64,000 nucleotides of DNA, taken from Tubiluchus corallicola. Taxonomy: Eukaryota > Animalia > Priapulida. The DNA is taken from NCBI GenBank assembly GCA_030141605.1, contig JAQGDQ010000651.1, positions 55,228 to 119,227 on the forward strand, in the 5' to 3' direction. Shown here piece by piece: positions 53,793 to 64,000 of this stretch. Numbering within the stretch: position 1 is the stretch's first letter; every line of letters begins with the position of its first letter. A program made the position numbers and the translations under genes. The notes under the pieces were generated by a model. That model was not told where the DNA came from and searched no databases. It saw nothing but the letters and a program-made list of their open reading frames with translations.

Positions 53793-53924
53793 GACGGTGA
53801 ATGGCGGTGGTCACAGTGTGAAGTTTATGTGAATTATTCCGCTCAGCAAAGCGGAGGAGAAACAATTCCTTGTCCTTTAGGATACAACTACACTGACGAT
53901 TTTGTACAAACAGCTATAACAGAA
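53793..53924 (+). CDS. SLC22 transporter exon 2
   Basis: AG/GTAAGT, phase 0-0. DGEWRWSQCEVYVNYS..IPCPLGYNYTDDFVQTAITE. Confidence 0.88.
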
Positions 53925-54709
53925 GTAAGTCGTTTGCTAAAATGCTTCTCGTCAATTGATTTTTAATAATGGGTAGAAAAAAGCCGAAAAACGAATAAAA
54001 ACAGTTATGTAAAATTGTGTCCTATATTGCCCTTCACTAGTCCGCGTAAATGTGTTTAAGTAAAGCTAACTTGTACCCAAATTCTGTGAGGCGATTTGTA
54101 AATTGTTGCCTTTCTTTTCGCATTTCATTTTTTTAACTTGTGACGACAATGTCGTAATCAACTCGAGTCTCTTTGTACTTTGTCACAATTATAAACTATA
54201 ATTTTGAACTAATTTCGTTCCAGTTCTTTCAGACTTTCAAGTAAGCCTATGTGAAGTGTTTATGGTCCGCATTAGTAATAGAGCGAAAGTGCAGAACCCA
54301 AAAAACTAAAAAGTAAGAACGCCGCAAAAGCCTTGGCCTGCTATAGACCCGCTATATTTGAAACCGCTTTGCCCATAGTACATAGAAGTAAACAGAGATT
54401 AAATCAAATCTGATTCCGATAATGAATTATAAAGGAAAGATCTGCTAGAAAAAAATTGAAATTGATTCTACAATAGAAAAACAAAGCATCGCAATACTGG
54501 ACATGTTCACCACTGGCCGCCCTTTTACGACTTAAATCTCAAATAAAGTTTGTAACGTACATCTTTGCAGAGCTTTTCTTCCCATTAAATCAGCTTTCTC
54601 GTTTGTTTCCTAGTCTGTTCACTGGGTTTTCATTAACCAAAAAAATTGTCTAAACAAGTTTCCTACTTTGACTATATGTTGCGGAAAAAAACTTTATTTT
54701 TTGTTCTAG

Positions 54710-54940
54710 TGGGATTTGGTATGTGGAAAAGCTTACCTAGCTGACACAGCGTCATCCATGTATTTAGTGGGAGCTATTGTAGGCATTTTCTTGTGGCCAA
54801 TAATTGGAGATAATTATGGAAGGAGATTGGTAATATTGGTCTCCTACACGGGAGCTTGCATTACTGGATCAGCTCTTATACTCGTAAATACAGTTTATGG
54901 CTTGATGGCTGTGCGGTTTTTACTAGGATTGATTTTAGCG
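54710..54940 (+). CDS. SLC22 transporter exon 3
   Basis: WDLVC signature, MFS motif GDNYGRR, RFLLG. AG/GTAAGT. Confidence 0.92.
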
Positions 54941-55136
54941 GTAAGTCAGATGTGCATGTTGTATAAGTTCCAAAACAAACATAATTTTTTGCAGTTAGAA
55001 TTTATCAAATAATAACACTGTACTACTACAGCTATTTTGCTCAACCATCACGTATTCACCAATTTTTTTCACGTTTTTCAAGTAATTAAAACGAATTTAA
55101 TTAAATAATTACTTATTGTAGTAGTTATACTTATAG

Positions 55137-55333
55137 GGACGAGGACTCTGCTGCTTTGTTCTAGCAATGGAATGGTTTACTGTTAAACAACGTACATTCT
55201 TTGGACAAGCTTACTGGGTGTTTTGGGTAGTTGGTTATTGTTCCCTGCCTCTGCTAGCATTCTACATCAGAGACTGGAAACATTTGCAGCTTGCTATCAG
55301 TGTCCCATTTATTGTATCATTTGCCATGATAGT
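55137..55333 (+). CDS. SLC22 transporter exon 4
   Basis: GRGLCCFVLAMEWF..QRT..LAFYIRDWKHLQLAISVP. AG/GTAAGT. Confidence 0.92.
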
Positions 55334-56428
55334 GTAAGTTTTATACCGTTTTTTGGAAAACATTACAACAATTCAATTCAACAAATGTAACTCTCGCAGC
55401 AGCAAATTCTTATAACAAAAAAAGTTGCTATTTACGTTAACGAACTTTTGATTTTAAACTTGTTGCAACGCGTCTACTGCTAATCTGCTTGCATTATACT
55501 TATTAACACTTATATAATACAAATAGATAAATAAGTACTAATATACATATAACTACATAATTAGTTTTTCTTAAAATTTATTTAGCACCTCATTCACTAA
55601 CACAACATATATAATATAGACGGTTAATAAATGAAGAGCTAAGTAAATTTTATGAAACTAATTATGTAATAATATATTCTACTATATTTTGTTAATTGTG
55701 ATCTCAAGTGAATAAGCCCGATTATAAGTCAAATCATTGACAAGTGATGCTGGTATAAGACTTTTACATGTAATATACAATGTACGAGAAAACAGCTGTT
55801 ATCTGTTACTAATTACGCTTAAACATGTATATTCTTCTATCATTATGCGGCGGCCTTGGTGACATGTAGCAAAGCCTTTATACATGTGCATGCATTTTCC
55901 ACAAATTTTTTTTTCATGGCGTTATTTCTGAAACACGTTTGAGAATAACTGACAATTCCGCATTAAATTATGTGCCTTGGGCATTTAATCATGTGTCTTG
56001 CTTTCATTTTCAAGGCTGTAATGCTATCACAGTTAAGTAGGAATACCAACAACTTTGCTGATACAAAGAAATTCAGCTTCGTAAAATAACGAACACTTTG
56101 CCACGTGCAAATGAGGGATATTTCTTTAATATCTAATGGGAAAGTAGTAAATGCTCTGACAGCTGTAAAACATATGGCAGAATGTGAAGGCTGTGAGCTA
56201 TCAGTTTTCGAAAATTTACTGCATAAAAGACATCAAGTTATGCAGTCAAGCCACAATGTACTATAATATTCAGTGAATTAAATTCTCAGTAAACAAAATC
56301 ATTCGGGCCCAAAAAGTGTTAATCAACTGCAAGACTGCCGAAAATGTAAATGTAAAATGAGATTTCACATAAAAGAGTTTTTGTATAATATGAATATGAA
56401 CACTTTATCTAGGTTTGTAATGTTTCAG

Positions 56429-56650
56429 AATATTACCCGAATCGGCGCATTGGTACATGTCAAGAAATGAACAAGATTCTACTAAAGCTGTGCTACAAAA
56501 AGCAGCTGCAGTTAACGGTGTAAAGCTGCCAGATTATACATTGCCGAAAAATAATGATTCTGTGACTGTACAAAAAGCAAAGAAAACATTTTGGGATGTG
56601 ATTAAACACAAACAACTACGACGATATAGTTTTTTAGCGTGTTTTGTCTC
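56429..56650 (+). CDS. SLC22 transporter exon 5
   Basis: ILPESAHW (PESPRW variant)..KAAAVNG..TFWDVIKHKQLRR. Phase 2-2. Confidence 0.92.
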
Positions 56651-57239
56651 GTAAGTTTCATGGTTAAATACTACGTACATATTTGCACGCGCAAGTACAA
56701 ATTGACAGACACGACACAGCTTAATAAGATTGTCGTCCTTATAGATAACTATCTCCAATGCATTAATTTGTTAAAATTCACCTCAGTGGCCGACTCTTTC
56801 ATATCTGAATACAGCGCAAAGCTAACCAAAACAACGCATACTCACTAATTGAACGCACTAGTTGATGTTAAAGTCAGATTAAAGTGCAGTAACATGTTGA
56901 CAAGTTATGATATCAATAGTACACATATATATCCGATATGGATAATGAATTTAAGTGAGTCTTCATGGTTGATTGTCATTTCTGGATGAATTTCCTCGCT
57001 GGTACTGTTCGTAAAACGGGTCCTTGAAAGTGAGAATCTCTCGTGCAATCTGAATTTAACGAATCACTAAATGGAACAGGGTATTCAAAATCCCAGAGAA
57101 GTCACTTTTTAAGAAATATGCTTAGATACGCTGCTTATATAGTATACTGTAATATATTTTTATTTTTTTATTTATTGACATTTATTAACATTGTATTAGA
57201 GAAAGAATCAGCAGGCGCAAGCGGCACTTTTTAAAGGTT

Positions 57240-58290
57240 TAAAGGTGTGACCACACAAGTGATTGGTTAAAGCCTACTGGAAAAAAATCATCAAAATTTA
57301 AATCCGCCATTTTATGACAAATTTTGTATACCATTCTTAAGATCATAGGCAAGCCGATTTAATTCGCGTGTCTACAATGTTAGCTCCGGCAGTCTGTCTA
57401 AATAAAAACATAATTAAACTGACATCGTTGGTACAGCCTACGAGAAAATTATCCCTGGACCTTTTTAATGGCATACGTTGCGGGGACCAAACTGATGAGC
57501 AGCACTCCAACTTTATAAGCAGTAATCAATAAACACCAAAAAATCATATTTACCATACGAAATGCTTTAGAAACTATGGTTTTTCAATGTGTCGAAAATT
57601 TCAAATCGGATGATACTGTAATACCCAAGTCATTACATTCGTTACTATGGGCAAGAAGGGTGCCATCAAGAAAATACTGAAGATCAGGATTGCCAAATCC
57701 TCAATGAAACATAGCTCACTTATGCGCAGCTATATTTAGTTGCCATTAGTAGGACCAGCTTGTTAATTGGTCAATAGCACAACGCAATAATAAATGGTAG
57801 GCACATGAAGATTACATTTTCAATTCATCAGCATATACAAGTAACAGGATCAAGAACTTCAGATAAATTATTAATAAATAAAACAAACAACAGGGGCCCC
57901 AAAACACTACCCTGTACGATACCTAAGATTACGGGTTTCCAGTGTGAAAAAGCAGAACCCGCCATGATGCTGTGTGCGATTGGACAGAAAATTTTTGATC
58001 CAGTCATACAAATAGCCAGAGACACCACAACTACGCAATTTAACAAATAATTTAGAATGAACAACACTGGCAAATGCTTTGGCTTAATCAATGTACATCT
58101 AAATTTTTACCTTTATCCCAAGCCGTGTTGGCAGTATAATATTTAGGCTTCAGTGACTAAATTATTTGCTAAGAGATACTCCAATAATTCATTTTTCATA
58201 CAGGTTTCCGTGACTTTTTAGGCAAAACATGCCTAATGAAATTGGCCTATAATTGTTAGGGTCTCCTTTTTTAAATGTGAGCTGTTAACC
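57240..58290 (-). mobile_element. CR1 LINE RT remnant in an SLC22 intron
   Basis: NNYRPISL, WKPVILGIVQGSVLGPLLFVLFINNL, DLGITVSSDLKF, KLECCSSVWSP. Confidence 0.8.
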
Positions 58291-59127
58291 ACACTCTACA
58301 CGAGTAATATATACGCGCGCACAGTTTTGCTTTTGAATGTTAATTTCATTTTTGAACTCTCCACCTTCGTTATGGTTACATTCAAGCAATAGAAAGCCAG
58401 AAGGCAAAAAAACCCTGAACAGAGTTTTTCTACGGTTATATATGCTTAGAAGTTTCCGCCATCACCCATATTGACAGGACATACAGGCCTTTGAACGCGC
58501 AGTTAAGGTAATAGTTTATGAGCAGGTGAACACTAACATCTACCAATGAACTAGAAGCCTGTGGCTTCAGTCAAATCCTTTTGGTCTAACAATTTACTGT
58601 TACTTGCTTGAAGGTAACAAACTTTCCTGTCTCTAGAAGCAGGTGTAATATTTCAGCCTAACAATCAAGTCTGTTTGCCGAATTTCTAATAAACTTGTGT
58701 TCTAATTTTGCTCTGCTCAAAGGCAGCCGAGTTGTCCTGTCTGTGTGCCTTCCAAAGTAATCTCTTATTTAAACTTGGCATCAAAAATATCTAACTCAAG
58801 CATTGTCCTTAAGAATTAAGACGAATACCTAAGTTGATGGGGTGATACAAGCATAGAAATGATTTGGGTTGTTGTAAAATAGGAAAAAACAAAACAACAT
58901 GCACGCTCCTGGTGCGCAAACTTTAAATAAATTTTTAAGGAGAGAGGCGTCATTTGAGAACCTGGTCACAACCGTTCTTTTAGCACGCTATACTTTACTA
59001 GCTTTGCAGCAGCTAAATTAATAGCGCCTGAGTTTGTTTTATTGACAAATGGTTTACTCATTATCACCATCATCATGAACAGTAGATTTTAAATTTTACA
59101 AATTCTGTTTTTCTTCTGCGTTTTCAG

Positions 59128-59262
59128 ATTTTGCAATTCGTTAATCTATTATGGATTATCTCTAGGTGCAACTCTTTGGGCAGGTAACATGTATCTAAAC
59201 TTTTTTTACGCAGGACTCATCGAGCTACCGGCTTATGTTGTTGGATATTACGCACTGAAATG
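59128..59262 (+). CDS. SLC22 transporter exon 6
   Basis: FCNSLIYYGLSL..GNMYLNFFYAGLIELPAY. Phase 2-2. Confidence 0.92.
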
Positions 59263-59611
59263 GTAAAAATTATTAATTAAAAGCCTCTGTAACATAGATA
59301 TCTATAGGGCCTAGACACTATGTCAGCATTAGGCAATGTTTCTCTCCTTGTGACCTGCAAAACAGCTTTCTATTTTGTTTTGGAAAGTGGAAAAACTTGT
59401 GGAAAGTGTTGAACCGAAGTAGGACAGAGGATCGGAGTACTAAAAATTAAATATTAAAATTATGCAAGGCAATTTTATTCTTCCAAAAATTTGACAAAAT
59501 TTAAACTCAAGCTACTCAACAAGGTGAATGTTTTGTTTCTTCTTAATGGATGGTGCTATTGTACATCACACTTTACTACACTAATATCACAAACTTCAAA
59601 AATTACTACTG

Positions 59612-59780
59612 CCTACTAAACGAACAGAGCTAATGTAGTATTCCTGTTCATAAGCCTACTAAACTAATAGAAATAGAGTAGTATTCCTGTTCATAAGCCC
59701 TCTAAACTAATAGAGATAGTGTAGTATTCCTGTTCACGAGCCTAGTAAACTAACAGAGCTAGTGTAGCATTCTTCTTCAC
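59612..59780 (+). repeat. 43-bp tandem repeat, about 4 copies
   Basis: Units CCTACTAAACTAATAGAAATAGAGTAGTATTCCTGTTCATAAG start at 59612, 59655, 59698 and 59741. Confidence 0.9.
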
Positions 59781-59800
59781 AATTTTCTTCATTTTGGTAG

Positions 59801-59886
59801 GTGGGGTCGCCCAAGACCAATCTGTGTATTTCACATTATAGCTGGATTACCACTTATATTGCAAACATTTACTCAAGCATATACCG
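59801..59886 (+). CDS. SLC22 transporter exon 7 (gene continues beyond the window)
   Basis: WGRPRPICVFHIIAGLPLILQTFTQAYT. AG/GTAAGT. Confidence 0.88.
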
Positions 59887-60473
59887 GTAAGTGTTTATAC
59901 ATGAACTTCATAATTTTTTTTATCAAAACCAAAATTTAACGTAATGCAGATCTGAGTGCTGGTAGTGTGTAGCCAAACATTTTATGTATGGTTTACGGTA
60001 TACCGTAAAGGATGTAGCTAGTTTAAAATTAACTAGATTGCAAACTTCAAAAGAACGCCAGGACATGTGTGAGTACCGAATAATTTTTAATTCTTTATCC
60101 GATTTTTTATATTTATAGTTTTCATATTTGAAAAACTGCAAGGAATGCACAGGTTGAAGAAGCCACACATGTTTGTTGATTGAACCACCATTACATATTT
60201 TCACTATAAACAAACAGACGGATTTAATCAGATGGAAGAGACATTTACTAGAGACAAAATCCCTTTACAAAGGAATATTGTGCTTCGAGCGTACAGAACA
60301 ATAACACAGCGCATATAATTGTCATTAAATTTAAAATCTAAAAACAGAAAACAAGCGATCTGGAATATTTATGGGGCGACTGCAATAGTCCTTCAAGCTC
60401 TATTATAACAAACAATTTCATTAATTTGTTAGAATCCACCTCAGCAGCCAAAACTTTCAAAATTCAATAGAAT

Positions 60474-63400
60474 GTAAAACTGACCCAGATAGTGTATCCT
60501 CGCCTTTTGTAAAACTGATCCAGAGAGTGTATCCTCGCCTTTTGTAAAACTAACCCAGAGAGTGTATACTCGCCTTTTGTAAAACTGACCCAGAGAGTGT
60601 ATCCTCGCCTTTTGTAAAACTGACCCAGAGAGTGTATCCTCGCCTTTTGTAAAACTGACCCAGATAGTGTATACTCGCCTTTTGTAAAACTAACCCAGAG
60701 AGTGTATCCTCGCCTTTTGTAAAACTAACCCAGAAGGATCTCGCCTTTTGTAAACTACCAGAGAGGTATCCTCGCCTTTTGTAAAACTGATCCAGAGAGT
60801 GTATCCTCGCCTTTTGTAAAACTGACCCAGAGAGTGTATACTCGCCTTTTGTAAAACTAACCCAGAGAGTGTATACTCGCCTTTTGTAAAACTAACCCAG
60901 AGAGTGTATCCTCGCCTTTTGTAAAACTAACCCAGATAGTGTATCCTCGCCTTTTGTAAAACTAACCCAGATAGTGTATCCTCGCCTTTTGTAAAACTAC
61001 CAAGAGTGTATCCTCGCCTTTTGTAAAACTGACCCAGAGAGTGTATCCTCGCCTTTTGTAAAACTAACCCAGAGAGTGTATACTCGCCTTTTGTAAAACT
61101 AACCCAGATAGTGTATCCTCGCCTTTTGTAAAACTGACCCAGAGAGTGTATCCTCGCCTTTTGTAAAACTAACCCAGATAGTGTATCCTCGCCTTTTGTA
61201 AAACTGACCCAGAGAGTGTATCCTCGCCTTTTGTAAAACTGACCCAGAGAGTGTATCCTCGCCTTTTGTAAAACGACCCAAATATCCTCGCCTTTTGTAA
61301 AACTGATCCAGAGAGTGTATACTCGCCTTTTGTAAAACTAACCCAGAGAGTGTATCCTCGCCTTTTGTAAAACTGACCCAGATAGTGTATCCTCGCCTTT
61401 TGTAAAACTGACCCAGATAGTGTATCCTCGCCTTTTGTAAAACTGACCCAGATAGTGTATCCTCGCCTTTTGTAAAACTGATCCAGAGAGTGTATCCTCG
61501 CCTTTTGTAAAACTAACCCAGAGAGTGTATCCTCGCCTTTTGTAAAACTGACCCAGATAGTGTATCCTCGCCTTTTGTAAAACTGATCCAGAGAGTGTAT
61601 CCTCGCCTTTTGTAAAACTAACCCAGAGAGTGTATACTCGCCTTTTGTAAAACTAACCCAGAGAGTGTATCCTCGCCTTTTGTAAAACTAACCCAGATAG
61701 TGTATACTCGCCTTTTGTAAAACTAACCCAGATAGTGTATCCTCGCCTTTTGTAAAACTAACCCTTAGAGTGTATCCTCGCCTTTTGTAAAACTAACCCA
61801 GATAGTGTATCCTCGCCTTTTGTAAAACTAACCCAGAGTGTATACTCGCCTTTTGTAAAACTAACCCAGAGAGTGTATACTCGCCTTTTGTAAAACTAAC
61901 CCAGAGAGTGTATCCTCGCCTTTTGTAAAACTGACCCAGAGAGTGTATACTCGCCTTTTGTAAAACTAACCCAGAGAGTGTCGCCTTTTGTAAAACTGAC
62001 CCAGATAGTGTATACTCGCCTTTTGTAAAACTAACCCAGATAGTGTATCCTCGCCTTTTGTAAAACTAACCCAGAGTGTATACTCGCCTTTTGTAAAACT
62101 AACCCAGAGAGTGTATACTCGCCTTTTGTAAAACTAACCCAGATAGTGTATCCTCGCCTTTTGTAAAACTAACCCAGATAGTGTATATTCGCCTTTTGTA
62201 AAACTGACCCAGATAGTGTATACTCGCCTTTTGTAAAACTGATCCAGAGAGTGTATACTCGCCTTTTGTAAAACTAACCCAGATAGTGTATCCTCGCCTT
62301 TTGTAAAACTGACAGAGTGTATCCTCGCCTTTTGTAAAACTACCCAGAAGTGTATACTCGCCTTTAAAACAAACAAATATCCTCGCCTTTTGTAAAACTG
62401 ACCCAGAGAGTGTATCCTCGCCTTTTGTAAAACTAACCCAGATAGTGTATACTCGCCTTTTGTAAAACTAACCCAGATAGTGTATCGTCGCCTTTTGTAA
62501 AACTAACCCAGATAGTGTATCCTCGCCTTTTGTAAAACTAACCCAGATAGTGTATACTCGCCTTTTGTAAAACTAACCCAGATAGTGTATCCTCGCCTTT
62601 TGTAAAACTAACCCAGAGAGTGTATCCTCGCCTTTTGTAAAACTAACCCAGAGAGTGTATCCTCGCCTTTTGTAAAACTGATCCAGATAGTGTATCCTCG
62701 CCTTTTGTAAAACTGACCCAGAGAGTGTATCCTCGCCTTTTGTAAAACTGACCCAGAGAGTGTATCCTCGCCTTTTGTAAAACTGATCCAGAGAGTGTAT
62801 CCTCGCCTTTTGTAAAACTGACCCAGAGAGTGTATCCTCGCCTTTTGTAAAACTAACCCAGAGAGTGTATCCTCGCCTTTTGTAAAACTAACCCAGATAG
62901 TGTATCCTCGCCTTTTGTAAAACTAACCCAGAGAGTGTATCCTCGCCTTTTGTAAAACTAACCCAGAGAGTGTATACTCGCCTTTTGTTAAACTAACCCA
63001 GAGAGTGTATCCTCGCCTTTTGTAAAACTAACCCAGAGAGTGTATACTCGCCTTTTGTAAAACTGATCCAGAGAGTGTGTCCTCGCCTTTTGTAAAACTG
63101 ATCCAGAGAGTGTATCCTCGCCTTTTGTAAAACTGACCCAGAGAGTGTATACTCGCCTTTTGTAAAACTAACCCAGAGAGTGTATCCTCGCCTTTTGTAA
63201 AACTGACCCAGATAGTGTATCCTCGCCTTTTGTAAAACGACCCAGATAGTGTATCCTCGCCTTTTGTAAAACTGACCCAGATAGTGTATCCTCGCCTTTG
63301 TAAAATAACCCAGAGAGTGTATACTCGCCTTTTGTAAAACTAACCCAGAGAGTGTATACTCGCCTTTTGAAAACTAACCCAGAAGTATTCTCGCCTTTTG

Positions 63401-64000
63401 TAAAACTGACACAGAGTGTACTCGCCTTTTGTAAAACCAGATAGTGTATCCTCGCCTTTTGTAAAACTGACCCAGATAGTGTATCCTCGCCTTTTGTAAA
63501 ACTGATCCAGAGAGTGTATCCTCGCCTTTTGTAAAACTAACCCAGAGAGTGTATACTCGCCTTTTGTAAAACTGATCCAGAGAGTGTATCCTCGCCTTTT
63601 GTAAAACTAACCCAGAGAGTGTATCCTCGCCTTTTGTAAAACTGACCCAGATAGTGTATCCTCGCCTTTTGTAAAACTGACCCAGATAGTGTATCCTCGC
63701 CTTTTGTAAAACTGACCCAGAGAGTGTATCCTCGCCTTTTGTAAAACTGACCCAGATAGTGTATCCTCGCCTTTTGTAAAACTAACCCAGAGAGTGTATC
63801 CTCGCCTTTTGTAAAACTGACCCAGATAGTGTATCCTCGCCTTTTGTAAAACTGACCCAGATAGTGTATCCTCGCCTTTTGTAAAACTGATCCAGAGAGT
63901 GTATACTCGCCTTTTGTAAAACTAACCCAGAGAGTGTATCCTCGCCTTTTGTAAAACTGACCCAGATAGTGTATCCTCGCCTTTTGTAAAACTGACCCAG
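60474..64000 (+). repeat. 35-bp tandem minisatellite/satellite array, about 100 copies, open-ended
   Basis: Unit T(G/A)A(C/T)CCAGA(G/T)AGTGTAT(C/A)CTCGCCTTTTGTAAAAC, head-to-tail with no spacers. Confidence 0.98.

Noticed and set aside
60474-64000. CRISPR array
   Set aside because: Units are directly head-to-tail with no unique spacers, there are no cas genes, and the context is a eukaryotic intron.

Overview
AT-rich, intron-containing metazoan (invertebrate-like) genomic DNA, not prokaryotic. Three spliced host genes can be rebuilt by hand: (1) a small secreted 8-cysteine peptide on the minus strand (exons 16081-16167 and 6260-6463); (2) a divergently oriented secreted precursor with four EGF repeats and dibasic cleavage sites (about 21034-41478, +); (3) the first seven exons of an SLC22 organic cation transporter (51892-59886, +), whose next intron holds a >3.5 kb 35-bp tandem array running off the window. 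Introns and spacers are full of decayed transposons (Gypsy, BEL/Pao, CR1/L2-like, RTE, R4/Dong-like, Penelope-like, hAT MITEs, a HINE-like element). The most notable structure is nested at 46.2-51.2 kb. A DNA-transposon-like repeat is interrupted by a 5S-rRNA-headed SINE that has an RTE-derived body and tail. A near-intact RTE LINE then sits head-to-head inside the 5S head of that SINE, with a perfect 12-bp target-site duplication and an HDV-like ribozyme fold in its 5' UTR. All calls are by eye and no searches were run.
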